From Kofleriaceae bacterium (GTDB taxonomy: Bacteria > Myxococcota_A > Polyangia > Haliangiales > Haliangiaceae): DNA of 40,640 nucleotides. A model generated the notes under the pieces. It was not told the origin of the DNA. It made no database searches and saw only the letters and a program-made list of their open reading frames with translations. The translations under genes and the position numbers were made by a program. The stretch is taken from positions 1 to 40,640 of the forward strand of contig DATAHZ010000797.1 in assembly GCA_036262915.1 (NCBI GenBank), in the 5' to 3' direction. Position 1 is the first letter of the stretch, and each line of letters starts with the position of its first letter. Below are positions 17,470 to 26,603 of the stretch, in pieces.

Positions 17470-18662
17470 GGCTCGGCCTGGCCGTTCTCGCCGGCGGCCC
17501 GGTCGGCACCGGCGACCGAGGGCAGGGGCGCGACCGCGGGGGAGGTGCCGGGCGATCCCTTGGCCCGAGGGAACTCCTCGGGAGTGACCCGGCGGAGGAA
17601 CAGATCCTCGAGGGTCTCATGGCGCGGCGCGATCTGCACGATCTTGGCGCCGGCCGCGTGGGCACGGGTGATCCAGGCGTCGACGTCGGCGTCCGCGGCG
17701 AGCACGAGCGACAGCTCGTCGCCGAGCCGGCGCACCCGGGTCGCGCCGCGGGTCAACGCCAGGTCGATCGAGGGAGGCGCGTCGGGCGCCGCATCGGGCG
17801 CATCGGGGAGCCCGGGGGGGGGCACGGATTCCGGCGCCTCTGGCGCCTCCGGCGCCCCTGCTGGCGCCTCCGGGGATCCAGCCTGGCGCCGGGGCTTTCC
17901 GGCGCCGGCGGGCAGGGGGAGCCTCACGGTGACCTCGATCCCGAGGACGCTTTGCGACACCAGCTCGGCCGGCGTGCCGTGGGCCTGGAGCTGGCCGCGC
18001 GCGATGATCGCGACGCGATCGGTGATCGCTTCGACGTCGGACAGGATGTGGGTCGAGAAGAACACGGTCTTGCCCTGATCGCGCAGCGCGAGGATCAGAT
18101 CGCGGACTTCCTTGCGGCCGATCGGATCGAGACCGCTCATCGGCTCGTCGAGCACGACCAGCTCGGGGTCGTTCATCAGCGCCTGGGCGAGGCCGGCGCG
18201 CTGCAGCATGCCCTTGCTGAACTTCTTGAGGCTCTGGCCGCGTGCCCGCCCGAGGCCGACCCGTTCGATCAGCTCGTCCGCGCGCGCCTTGCGGATCTGA
18301 GGCGGAAGGCCAAACAGCCGGCCGGCCAGATCGCACAGCTCACCGACGTCGAGGTAGTCGTAGAAGTAGGGCGCCTCGGGCAGAAATCCGATCTTGTGCC
18401 GGGCGTCACGGCTCGGGAGCGCATGGCCCAGCAGGGTCGCGCGGCCGCTGCTCGGGCGGACCAGGCCCATGAGCGTGCGGATCGTCGTGGTCTTGCCGGC
18501 GCCGTTGGGTCCGACGAACCCGAAGATCTGGCCGCGCTCGACGGAGAACGTCACGCCGCGCAGCGCCTCGATCCTCCGGCGGGTGAACGGCGTGCGGTAC
18601 GTCTTGGTCAGATCGTGGACGTCGATCGCGAGCTCGGCCAAGCCCGTGGAGGATAGCGCCAA
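17466..18662 (-). CDS. ABC transporter ATP-binding protein with a Pro/Ala/Glu-rich insertion in the C-terminal domain
   Basis: Walker A: GPNGAGKTT. Signature-like: FSKGMLQRAGLAQAL. Walker B: LVVLDEPMSGLD. H-loop: FFSTHIL. The C-terminal accessory domain is interrupted by GSPEAPAGAPEAPEAPESVPPPGLPDAPDAAPDAPP. Confidence 0.9.
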   Translation of the reverse strand: MALSSTGLAELAIDVHDLTKTYRTPFTRRRIEALRGVTFSVERGQIFGFVGPNGAGKTTTIRTLMGLVRPSSGRATLLGHALPSRDARHKIGFLPEAPYFYDYLDVGELCDLAGRLFGLPPQIRKARADELIERVGLGRARGQSLKKFSKGMLQRAGLAQALMNDPELVVLDEPMSGLDPIGRKEVRDLILALRDQGKTVFFSTHILSDVEAITDRVAIIARGQLQAHGTPAELVSQSVLGIEVTVRLPLPAGAGKPRRQAGSPEAPAGAPEAPEAPESVPPPGLPDAPDAAPDAPPSIDLALTRGATRVRRLGDELSLVLAADADVDAWITRAHAAGAKIVQIAPRHETLEDLFLRRVTPEEFPRAKGSPGTSPAVAPLPSVAGADRAAGENGQAEP

Positions 18663-18759
18663 CTCACCAGGTCGTGCGATACGCCGCGCGCGGGAACGGG
18701 TGTCATCGATCTAGAAGGTCCAGAAGGTCTTCGCCCCCCGCGAAGCGCCGCCAGGCGCG

Positions 18760-19551
18760 TTAGTGGAGGGTGTAGATGAAGCTGATCATGCTGCAGGCGG
18801 GCACCGGAGCGCCATTGAAGAGGTAAGGCCGATAGCGCCAGGCTCGGACGGCGGACAGCAGGGTCTCGTCGTATTCGGTGAACTTCGTCGAGACCGTCAT
18901 CGTCGCCGAGGCAATGCTCCCGCTGGTCGCGATGCACACCTTGACCACGCCGTGCACGCTGGTCAGCCCCTTGCGGATCATCTGATCCTGGGTGACCGTG
19001 CTCGGCCGGAGCTGGGTCTCGCCGGAGATCCGGAGGCCCTGGAGCACGCGGGGCTCGAGCTGGACGGTCGACCTGGAGGGCGCCGGCCTGGGCTCGAGCT
19101 GGCAGCTCGACGAGCAGCCATCGCCGCTTGTGGTGTTGCCATCGTCGCACTGCTCGCCGGCCTCGACCGCGGCGTTGCCGCACACCGGGGCGGCAGGTTC
19201 AGCCACGCCGCAGTTCTGGGTACAGGTGCCGGTGGACGTCGGGTCGCCGGAGCCGCCGCCGCCACCGGTCGGTGGATCTTCGGACGGGGGCAGTGGATCG
19301 GGCGCCGGCGTGGTCCGGGGCTGGACCGGCACCGGCGGGGTGGGCTTGGTCTCCTTGTGGCGGATCTCGTCGCTTATGGCTGACGTCGGGCCACCGGCAG
19401 GGGCCGGGGGAGGCGGCGGCGCCACGACGACGGGTTCATGGATGGGATCGGCGTGCAGGCGCTCCATGTGCCAGACGCCTGCAACGAATAGCCCGGCCGC
19501 GATGGCGACGTGGGCGACTCCAGAGACAGCGAAGAGCCAGCGGTGCGACAT
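18760..19551 (-). CDS. TonB C-terminal-domain membrane protein carrying a Myxococcus cysteine-rich repeat
   Basis: This is the real part of ORF 18760..20187(-). Start at ATG 19551 (MSHRWLFAVSGVAHVAIAAGLFVAGVW, an N-terminal TM); ATG 19587 is an alternative. There is a Pro-rich spacer. The repeat CGNAAVEAGEQCDDGNTTSGDGCSSSCQLE matches the CGNG..E.GE.CDDGN...GDGCS..C pattern. The C-terminus is TonB-like: GVVKVCIATSGSIASATMTVSTKFTEYDETLLSAVRAWRYRPYLFNGAPV. Confidence 0.75.
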   Translation of the reverse strand: MSHRWLFAVSGVAHVAIAAGLFVAGVWHMERLHADPIHEPVVVAPPPPPAPAGGPTSAISDEIRHKETKPTPPVPVQPRTTPAPDPLPPSEDPPTGGGGGSGDPTSTGTCTQNCGVAEPAAPVCGNAAVEAGEQCDDGNTTSGDGCSSSCQLEPRPAPSRSTVQLEPRVLQGLRISGETQLRPSTVTQDQMIRKGLTSVHGVVKVCIATSGSIASATMTVSTKFTEYDETLLSAVRAWRYRPYLFNGAPVPACSMISFIYTLH

Positions 19552-19644
19552 GAGATCCGCAACGCAGGAGCCGGATGGGGGGTCCATCCGCGCTGATCGC
19601 AGGTGCTGACCGCGGATGCTTGCGGGGTATCGTAAGGTGTCGCG

Positions 19645-20425
19645 GTGACAGGCTCGCTCGTCGTGTTTTCCATCACCTACCTCGTGATCGCGAGCCGCCA
19701 GCTGCACTTTGTCGGGCTCGACCGTCCCCGCGAACGCCGCCGCGCTGGTCTGGCTGTTTCGCCGCGAGCTCCCCGAAGGTGCGCTCGCCGACCGGTCGCC
19801 CCCCAAGCCGGCGCTCGACCGCCGGTTGACCGCCAAGGCGCTGTTCGCGCTCGCCGGGTTCGCGGCCATGGCGCTTGCCGGGGTGTCGCTCGCGGGCGCT
19901 GCGATGTGTGCCGCGGCCGGCCTGATGGTCGTCGCGCGCACGCCACCCCGGCGGGCGTTCGCCAGCGTCGACTGGCAGCTCCTGGTGTTCTTCGCGGGGC
20001 TGTTCGTGGTGGTCGCCGGAGTTGCCCGTGCCGGCTTGCTCGACCGGCTGTTCGAACAGCTCGCACCGGTGATCGCGCGTGGCGACGTCGCCGGTGACCT
20101 CGCGTTCCTCGTGCTCGTCGTCGTGGCCTCGAACCCGGTGTCGAACGTGCCGCTCGTCCTGGTCGCGGTCGGCTGGGTACCGCACATGCCGGATCCGACC
20201 TGGGGCTACATCATGCTCGCCGTGGCCTCGACCCTGGCCGGCAACCTCACGCTGTTTGGCAGCGTCGCCGTCATCGTGATGGAGAGCGCCGGGCCGCGCG
20301 GCGAGATCGGGTTCTGGCGATTCTTGCGCTACGGCGCGGTGCTCACCACGATCGACCTCGCGACGGGGTTCGCGCTGCTCGGCGAGCGCTGGATCGGGGT
20401 GTCGCGCTGGCTGGGCCTTGCGTGA
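19645..20425 (+). pseudogene. Probable remnant or half-size ArsB/NhaD (CitMHS superfamily) anion permease with a frame change near the 5' end
   Basis: GTG 19645 opens VTGSLVVFSITYLVIASRQLHFVGLDRP, a typical permease N-terminus, but that frame dies. Frame +2 from 19709 continues ANAAALVWLFRRELPEG... into a C-terminal-half-like sequence (VDWQLLVFFAGLFVVVAG, SNPVSNVPLVLV, TLAGNLTLFGSVA). The total is only about 240-260 aa, whereas I expect roughly 400+ for this family. Confidence 0.4.
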
Positions 20426-20474
20426 TCTCGATCGGCTGTGCGGCCCGGTGGGCGCGAGTGCCGGCCGTGCCGGA

Positions 20475-21758
20475 TCACGGGGCAGTGTAGGTCACCTTGA
20501 ACACCCGGCCCCCCATGTCGTCGGAGAAGTACAGGGCGCCGTCGGGCCCCTCCCGGACATCGACCGGACGGACGTTCCACGTGCCCTGGCGGAGCACGTT
20601 GCCGGGGCCGCGCTCGCCGATCAGGGGCTCGACGCTGGTGATCGCATCGCCGTCGCGGTGGAGCCTCGCCACGACGCGGCCGACCGCGGGATCCGCATCC
20701 CACGAGCCGTGCGCCGTCACGAGGAGATCGCCGGCCAGCGGCAGCGCGCTGCCCTGGTACGCGAGGATCCCGAGCGGCGCCCAGTGCGCAGGGAGCGCGA
20801 ACACCGGGGGATGGACGTTCGCCGGATCGCGGCACCACGCGTCGGTCTTGCGGTCCTCGGGAGCGAGGCTTTGGTCTGCCCACTGCGCTCCCGGTCCGCG
20901 TCCGCCCGACCGCAGGTATTCGCTGTAACACGATGGATACCCGTAGTAGTGGGAGCCCTTGCCATCGATGAGGTTGACTTCCTCGGCGGGATTGCTGTTA
21001 TGGATGTCGCCGCTGTCCTCCGTGAGGTTGTCGCGTCCGTTCTCCACCCCCCACAGCCGATCGTGCGCGTCGGCGTAGAGCCCGACCTCGTTGCGCATCC
21101 CCGATGCGACGATCTCGCCGGCGGCATAGTCGAGCCCCGCGGCGGGCAGTGGATCGGGGATCTCGAATCGCCGGACCTGCGACCGGGTCTCTGCGAGGAC
21201 GGGATCGGTGTCGACGTTGCTCGCGGAGCCGACGCTCACGTAGAGCCGGCCGAGCGAGTCGAACACCAGCGTGCGCGTGACGTGGCCCCCATCAGGGATG
21301 CCCGACACGACCACGTCGGGCCCCTTGGCCGCTTCGCGCATGCCGGCCGTGTAGCCCCAGCGATAGACCGTCGTGGCGCTCGAGGCGTACACGTACTTGC
21401 CGTCGCGCGAGAACGCGAGCCCATGGTTGAGATGCGGCGCGGTTCCGAACGCCGAGCGCTCGGCGCTCGTGCTCGACCCATCGCCGTTGTCGTCCGCCAG
21501 CACCGTCACGCTGCCGTTATTGACGAACAGCTCGCCGCTGGGTGCGAACGCCATCTGGCGTGCACCGCCGAGCCCGGTGGCGAACACGTAGACGCAGTAG
21601 TGGGGATCGCTCACCCAGGTCTCGAACGGTGTCCCGCCGGGGCACGTGGTCGAGCGGGGAGGCGCATTGTCCCCGCACGCCGGCGACCCGGCTGCCGCGG
21701 CGATCCCGAGCAGGAGACCGGGCGCACGCAGGAGACGTGGAACGAGATCGATGCCCAT
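20475..21758 (-). CDS. Lipoprotein, PQQ-dependent sugar (glucose/sorbosone) dehydrogenase-like beta-propeller
   Basis: Derived from ORF 20475..21806(-). Start at ATG 21758 gives MGIDLVPRLLRAPGLLLGIAAAAGSPAC (lipobox). Sequence features shared with soluble GDH family proteins: HGLAFSRDGKYVYAS, GGHVTRTLVFDSLGRLYVSVGSASN, GMRNEVGLYADAHDRLWGVENGRD, EEVNLI..G..YGYP, PLGILAY, and DGALYFSDD at the end. Confidence 0.7.
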   Translation of the reverse strand: MGIDLVPRLLRAPGLLLGIAAAAGSPACGDNAPPRSTTCPGGTPFETWVSDPHYCVYVFATGLGGARQMAFAPSGELFVNNGSVTVLADDNGDGSSTSAERSAFGTAPHLNHGLAFSRDGKYVYASSATTVYRWGYTAGMREAAKGPDVVVSGIPDGGHVTRTLVFDSLGRLYVSVGSASNVDTDPVLAETRSQVRRFEIPDPLPAAGLDYAAGEIVASGMRNEVGLYADAHDRLWGVENGRDNLTEDSGDIHNSNPAEEVNLIDGKGSHYYGYPSCYSEYLRSGGRGPGAQWADQSLAPEDRKTDAWCRDPANVHPPVFALPAHWAPLGILAYQGSALPLAGDLLVTAHGSWDADPAVGRVVARLHRDGDAITSVEPLIGERGPGNVLRQGTWNVRPVDVREGPDGALYFSDDMGGRVFKVTYTAP

Positions 21759-21848
21759 GCGGCACCGTAGCATCGAGCTGGGCCGCGTCACCGTGCGATG
21801 GGCCACGCCGTGGCCCGCTCCTCCGTCCGGGATCGTGGCGAGCGACCG

Positions 21849-23258
21849 CTAGCCGGACGGCAGCAGGGTGAGCAGCCCGCCCTCGGCCGGCTGCGAGCGG
21901 GTCTGCCAGAAGAACGTGGCGTTGTGGCTGTTGTTGGGGTCGTGGATCTGCGACCACTTGAACGCGCCGTTGCAGGTGGTGCCGTTGGTCACGCTGAAGC
22001 CGTTGGCGATCGCGTGATCGTCGCCGTCGAACAGGCCGGGGTGCTTGCAGACCCCGACGACCTGGACCTGTGGGATGACCGCGGCGTCGCCGGTCGGACA
22101 TGCGCCGCCCACGCTGAACGTCGGGGTAGAGCCCTGGTACGGCACGGCCGACGAGGTCGAGATCGTGCCCTGCTGGTCGACCCGTACCGCCGAGGTGAAG
22201 ATCAAATCTTCGATGTGGGCCCTGGCGCTGGCGACCGCAGCGGCGTGATTGGCGTCGCTGCCGCTGGTGATCGTGGAGTGGCAGAACGCGCCGTAGCTCC
22301 TGCCGTAGGCGACGGTGAAGGTCTGGCCGGCCGCGGGAGTCATGTTGAGCCCGACCGAGAACGGGCTGCCCTCGGCGGCAAACGGCAGCGATCCGTCGCT
22401 CTGGCCGGTCCACAGGGACGGCGAGCAGCTGGCGGTGGAGATGAGGACGCGCGAGCGCTTGTGCTGGCCGACCCAGTCGGCGGCGGCGACGCCGCTGACG
22501 TTGCCGGCATACTCGCACCAGCCGTTGCCCGGCACGCCGGCGCCGAACACCGACGCGATGAGGTCTGTGTTCTTGCAGGTCGAGACGAAGTCGGCGGCGC
22601 CGACCACGTTGTACTTGTTGGTTTGCAGGCCGTCGATCATGCCGTTGATCGACACCACCGCGGCGATGCGGTCCTGGACGCCCCAGTCGAACGTGCCGAC
22701 GCCACCGGGGCCCGTGTTCGAGGCGACCTCGAATGCGACGCGCGCCCCGGTGCTGTGTCCGATCAGGACGATGTTCTTGGCGGTCGGCGGGAACAGGCGC
22801 CGGATCTCCTGGACCAGGCGGAACCGCCACTCGTAGGCGGTCGTGCACGGATCGCCCTGCCGGGTCGTCGTGCAGCCCGGATCGCCGACCTCCCAGTCGT
22901 CCATCAGCGTCGGGTCGGTGGAGTCGCTGGGGTGGATCCCCGATGGCGTGGCGGTGTAGAGGTTGGCCGAGGCGCTGGTGGCGGTGACGGTGACACCGGG
23001 ATGGCTGGCCTGGTAGGCCGCGACGAGCGAAGGCAGGTCGCCGGCGACCGCGGCCTTGAGATCGTTCAGCGTATTGTGCGCGCGGGATCGCGAGGTGGCG
23101 TCGTTCTCGACGCCGTGGATGTAGAGGAGATTCAGCTGGATCGTGCCGGTGGTCGCCGCGCCCGCGGCCTGCCCGAGATCGTCCGGAACGGGCACTGTGT
23201 CCGTGCACCCCGAGATCGCCACCAGACAAGCCGAACCCAGGAGAGCCAGACTGCGCAT
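21849..23258 (-). CDS. Lipoprotein, alpha/beta-hydrolase (lipase/esterase-like, GxSxG) with a Cys-rich C-terminal domain
   Basis: This is the real part of ORF 21849..24434(-). ATG 23258 gives MRSLALLGSACLVAISGC (lipobox). The nucleophile elbow is IVLIGHSTGARVAF. Upstream of 23258 this ORF is antisense to the gene at 23376-24581. Confidence 0.75.
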   Translation of the reverse strand: MRSLALLGSACLVAISGCTDTVPVPDDLGQAAGAATTGTIQLNLLYIHGVENDATSRSRAHNTLNDLKAAVAGDLPSLVAAYQASHPGVTVTATSASANLYTATPSGIHPSDSTDPTLMDDWEVGDPGCTTTRQGDPCTTAYEWRFRLVQEIRRLFPPTAKNIVLIGHSTGARVAFEVASNTGPGGVGTFDWGVQDRIAAVVSINGMIDGLQTNKYNVVGAADFVSTCKNTDLIASVFGAGVPGNGWCEYAGNVSGVAAADWVGQHKRSRVLISTASCSPSLWTGQSDGSLPFAAEGSPFSVGLNMTPAAGQTFTVAYGRSYGAFCHSTITSGSDANHAAAVASARAHIEDLIFTSAVRVDQQGTISTSSAVPYQGSTPTFSVGGACPTGDAAVIPQVQVVGVCKHPGLFDGDDHAIANGFSVTNGTTCNGAFKWSQIHDPNNSHNATFFWQTRSQPAEGGLLTLLPSG

Positions 23259-23375
23259 GCCGCATGAGATCACAGTTCGCGGCCGATCGGGCAAATCTGG
23301 GTATGGAGATGTTCCGGTGGCGAAAACCCGCGTGAATCGCCTGGCATGCCCTGGAATTCGCGTAACGCTCGCCGC

Positions 23376-24581
23376 ATGAAACAACTCCTCGTGATCCTGG
23401 CCATGGCAGCCTGTGGGGGGCCGGCGGTGCCGGCGCGGACGCCCGAGCAGCGCCTGGAGGCCAGCGCGTCCGCCGTCGCCGCGCTCCAGGCGAGCAAGTT
23501 CGAGGACGCGGCGCGGCAAGCGACCGCCGTGCTCGCGAGCGATCCGGGCAACGCGCGGGCGGCCGCGGTCCGTGCGGTCGCGACCTACCAGTCCGGCGTC
23601 CACGGCCTCATCGAGGAGCTGCGCCACATCATCGAGGGCGCAGATCACCTCGAGTTCTTCGATCACGAGCGCGGTCGCGCCGCCTGGCAGGGCTTCCTCG
23701 ACAAGCTCGAGGCGATCGACCGGGACCTCGCGGTGGTCGCCGCCGATCGCGCGTTCTCGCTCGAGCTGTGCCTCGCGTGCTGGGAGGGCGATTGGAACCA
23801 CAACGGCCAGATCGACGATCGCGATCGCAAGCTGTTCGAGCTCGAGTTCGATGGCAAGGGCGGCGGGATCCCCGAAGGCGACCCGCGCCGGCGACCGACA
23901 TTTCGGTTCGACGTCGGCGATGCCGACTGGGCGCGCGCGACGATCGCGTTCCAGCGCGCGGCCGGCGAGCTCGTGCTGGCCTACAAGTGGTCGGAGCTCG
24001 ACAAGCTCTTGTCCGCCAAGGGGCCTCCCACCCTCACCATCCGGCTGACCGACAAGGCGCGCGTGACCCGCGCGCGGGAGCTCATCCTCGCGGGGCTGGG
24101 CTTTGCCGATCGGTGCCGCGAAGCGTACCTCGCCGAGACCGACGATGATCGCGAGTGGGTGCCGAACCCGCGCCAGAGGAGCCACCCGATGCCGCTCGAG
24201 GTCGACGATGCGGTCTATCGAACCTGGGCGGGCGTGACCGGAGATCTGCGCCGGATGCTGGGCAGCGAAGAAGGGCTGTCGCTCCGCGAGCTCGCGCGAG
24301 TGGCCGACGACGCCGCTGCGACCCGTGTGCCCGACGCCTACCTCGATCTCGGCCGGATGCTGGCCGAGCCCAAGGACATCACGATCGACCTGTCCCATAT
24401 CATCCGCAGCCAGGATCTCGCGACCGTCGAGCAAGTCCTGCGCGGGATCCTGCAGAATGGCTACCAGACCGCGATGCGGCCATCACCGCTGGTGGGGCGG
24501 CTGCGCCAGATGAAGGCCGAGCTCGATCGCGGCGAGGATTCCTTCGAGCGCAAGCTGCGCTATCTGCTCTGGCTCAACTGA
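23376..24581 (+). CDS. Hypothetical lipoprotein
   Basis: Derived from ORF 23346..24581(+). ATG 23376 gives MKQLLVILAMAACGG (lipobox). Coding bias is strong. I recognise no catalytic motif. Confidence 0.7.
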   Translation: MKQLLVILAMAACGGPAVPARTPEQRLEASASAVAALQASKFEDAARQATAVLASDPGNARAAAVRAVATYQSGVHGLIEELRHIIEGADHLEFFDHERGRAAWQGFLDKLEAIDRDLAVVAADRAFSLELCLACWEGDWNHNGQIDDRDRKLFELEFDGKGGGIPEGDPRRRPTFRFDVGDADWARATIAFQRAAGELVLAYKWSELDKLLSAKGPPTLTIRLTDKARVTRARELILAGLGFADRCREAYLAETDDDREWVPNPRQRSHPMPLEVDDAVYRTWAGVTGDLRRMLGSEEGLSLRELARVADDAAATRVPDAYLDLGRMLAEPKDITIDLSHIIRSQDLATVEQVLRGILQNGYQTAMRPSPLVGRLRQMKAELDRGEDSFERKLRYLLWLN

Positions 24582-25062
24582 GCCTATCCCTCGCTCCAAC
24601 CACCTCGGGCGCGTCGGCGTTCCAGGCGAACCGCCAGCGCAGCGTGCCGTCGACGATGCGGGCGGCCTCGGCCTTGGCCAGGCTCGCGAACTCGGACCGG
24701 CCGATGAGCAGCGCGCCGACCGCGGACAGGCCGGGCTCGTGGCCGACCAGCACGACGCTCGCGCCGGCGTCGAGTGCGGCGAGCGCGGTCACGACGTTGC
24801 GCGGGTTGTCGTCGGGAGCGAGCGCCGGCATCACCTCGACGGCCTGGTCGCACGCAAGGCCGATGGCGACGAGCTCGGCGGTCTGGATCGCGCGGACCAG
24901 CGGGCTCGACCAGAGGTGGGTCGGCTCGCAGTCGTGCCAGCGCAGGCGATCGCCGAGGGCGCGCGCCTGCTGGCGACCGGCCGGGGTGAGGTGGCGATGC
25001 GGGTCGGCCAAAAGGAGGCTCTCGGGGATGGCTTCGGCGTGCCGGATCAGAAGCACCTGCAC
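24574..25062 (-). CDS. sixA: Phosphohistidine phosphatase SixA (histidine phosphatase superfamily)
   Basis: This is the real part of ORF 24574..25572(-). GTG 25062 gives VQVLLIRHAEA (RHG/RHA motif). Further on are LTPAGRQQA and VLVGHEPGLS. The protein is about 162 aa. Confidence 0.8.
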   Translation of the reverse strand: MQVLLIRHAEAIPESLLLADPHRHLTPAGRQQARALGDRLRWHDCEPTHLWSSPLVRAIQTAELVAIGLACDQAVEVMPALAPDDNPRNVVTALAALDAGASVVLVGHEPGLSAVGALLIGRSEFASLAKAEAARIVDGTLRWRFAWNADAPEVVGARDRLS

Positions 25063-25128
25063 GCCGCGAGCGTATCGTATTTTGGACCGAGCCATACCGG
25101 CCACGGAGCATGGTACGCACCGTGCTTC

Positions 25129-26124
25129 ATGGAACGCGGCCGTGATCTCGCACGAGCGGTTGCCGTCCTTCGGGGCGGTGGCCTGGTCGCGTTTCCGACC
25201 GAGACGGTGTACGGGCTCGGCGCCGACGCGGCGAGCGATGCCGCGGTCGCGCGGATCTTTCAGGCCAAGGGCCGGCCGCGCGCGCACCCGCTGATCGTGC
25301 ACCTCGCTGATGACGCCCGGCTCGACGACTGGGCGATCGACGTCCCCGAGGTGGCCCGCCGGCTGGCGCGGGCCGCGTGGCCGGGCCCCTTGACGATCAT
25401 CCTGCGCAGGGGCCCGCGCGTCGCGGCGGCGGTGACGGGTGGTGCCGAGACCGTGGGGCTGCGGGTGCCGGCGCATCCGGTCGCGCAGGCCCTGTTGCGC
25501 GGGTTCGGCGGCGGGATCGCGGCGCCGAGCGCGAACCGGTTCGGCGCGGTCAGCCCGACCACGGCGGGTCATGTCGCCGGCGATCTGGGGGACGCCGTCG
25601 ATTACCTCCTGGACGGCGGGGCGTGCGAGATCGGCGTTGAATCGACGATCGTGGATCTGTCACGTGGGCGAGCCGTGCTGCTGCGTCCCGGCGGCCTTGC
25701 GCGCGCGCAGATCGAGCCGATCACCGGGCCGCTCGGCGTCCCCGACAACACCTCCCCCGCCGCGCCGGGCACGCTGCCGAGTCACTACGCGCCTCGCGCC
25801 GAGGTGGTCGCGGCCCTACCCGACGAGGTCCCGGCCGCGGTGGCCGGGGCAGGGGCGCTGGGCGCGAAGGTCGCCGTGCTCGCGCCCGCGGCGGCCTTTG
25901 CGATGTGGGCCGGGCCCCCGGGGGGGCCGCCTCCAGCGTACCGGGAGTACCGGCTGCCTGACGACATCGCGGGGATGGCGCGCGGGCTGTACGGTGCGCT
26001 GCGGGATCTCGACGCCGCGGGGGTCGATGTGGTGATCGCCGCGTTGCCTCCCGCGGTGGGGCTGGGGGAAGCTGTCGGCGATCGCCTGCGGCGTGCCGCG
26101 GGACCTCGAAGGAATCCGTCATGA
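25129..26124 (+). CDS. tsaC: L-threonylcarbamoyladenylate synthase (YrdC domain + Sua5 C-terminal domain)
   Basis: This is the real part of ORF 24739..26124(+). ATG 25129 gives [34 protein letters not shown]. Further on: [29 protein letters not shown], and a Sua5-type C-terminal domain. Confidence 0.9.
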   Translation: MERGRDLARAVAVLRGGGLVAFPTETVYGLGADAASDAAVARIFQAKGRPRAHPLIVHLADDARLDDWAIDVPEVARRLARAAWPGPLTIILRRGPRVAAAVTGGAETVGLRVPAHPVAQALLRGFGGGIAAPSANRFGAVSPTTAGHVAGDLGDAVDYLLDGGACEIGVESTIVDLSRGRAVLLRPGGLARAQIEPITGPLGVPDNTSPAAPGTLPSHYAPRAEVVAALPDEVPAAVAGAGALGAKVAVLAPAAAFAMWAGPPGGPPPAYREYRLPDDIAGMARGLYGALRDLDAAGVDVVIAALPPAVGLGEAVGDRLRRAAGPRRNPS

Positions 26125-26603
26125 GCGCACAGGTCGGCATCCTCATGGGCTCGCACAGCGACTGGGCCACGATGAAGCACGCGGTCGACGTCCTGACCGA
26201 GCTCGGCGTCGCGCACGAGACCCGGATCGTCTCGGCGCACCGCACGCCGGACCTCCTGTTCGAGTACGCGTCCACCGCGATTGCGCGCGGGCTCCACGTC
26301 ATCATTGCCGGCGCGGGTGGTGCCGCGCACTTGCCGGGAATGACGGCGGCCAAGACCCGGCTGCCCGTGCTGGGTGTGCCGGTGCAGAGCAAGGCGCTGT
26401 CCGGCCTCGACTCGCTGCTCTCGATCGCACAGATGCCGCGCGGGGTGCCGGTCGGCACGCTCGCGATCGGCGAGGCCGGTGCGCTCAATGCAGGCCTTCT
26501 GGCCGCGGCGATCGTCGCGCTCCACGATCCGGCGGTGGCCGAGAAGCTCGACGCGTACCGCGCCCGGCAGACCGCACGTGTCCTGGCGGAGACCTTGCCA
26601 TGA
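26121..26603 (+). CDS. purE: N5-carboxyaminoimidazole ribonucleotide mutase
   Basis: [21 protein letters not shown]...[10 protein letters not shown]...[14 protein letters not shown]...LPVLGVPV. The ATG overlaps the tsaC stop (ATGA). Confidence 0.95.
   Translation: MSAQVGILMGSHSDWATMKHAVDVLTELGVAHETRIVSAHRTPDLLFEYASTAIARGLHVIIAGAGGAAHLPGMTAAKTRLPVLGVPVQSKALSGLDSLLSIAQMPRGVPVGTLAIGEAGALNAGLLAAAIVALHDPAVAEKLDAYRARQTARVLAETLP

Noticed and set aside
16699-18656. Plus-strand ORFs 16699..18078 (459 aa) and 17619..18656 (345 aa)
   Set aside because: They are antisense to the ABC permease and ATPase genes (Walker A/B and signature motifs are on the minus strand). Their translations are D/R/E/G-rich shadows.
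18760-20187. Upstream 210 aa or so of the 475-aa minus ORF (19588-20187)
   Set aside because: This part is Ala/Arg/Ser-rich with no features and is antisense to the permease-like sequence on the plus strand. The recognisable protein starts at the TM anchor, MSHRW (19551).
20418-21770. 450-aa plus-strand ORF
   Set aside because: It is antisense to the PQQ-dehydrogenase-like lipoprotein gene. It has no motifs and shows shadow-type composition (R/A/G/V-rich).
23259-24434. N-terminal 390 aa or so of the 861-aa ORF 21849..24434(-), and the 489-aa ORF 21798..23267(+)
   Set aside because: The minus ORF upstream of ATG 23258 is antisense to the well-formed lipoprotein gene at 23376-24581 and reads as Arg/Gly-rich nonsense. 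The true gene starts at the lipoprotein signal MRSLALLGSACLVAISGC. The plus ORF is the antisense shadow of the hydrolase gene.
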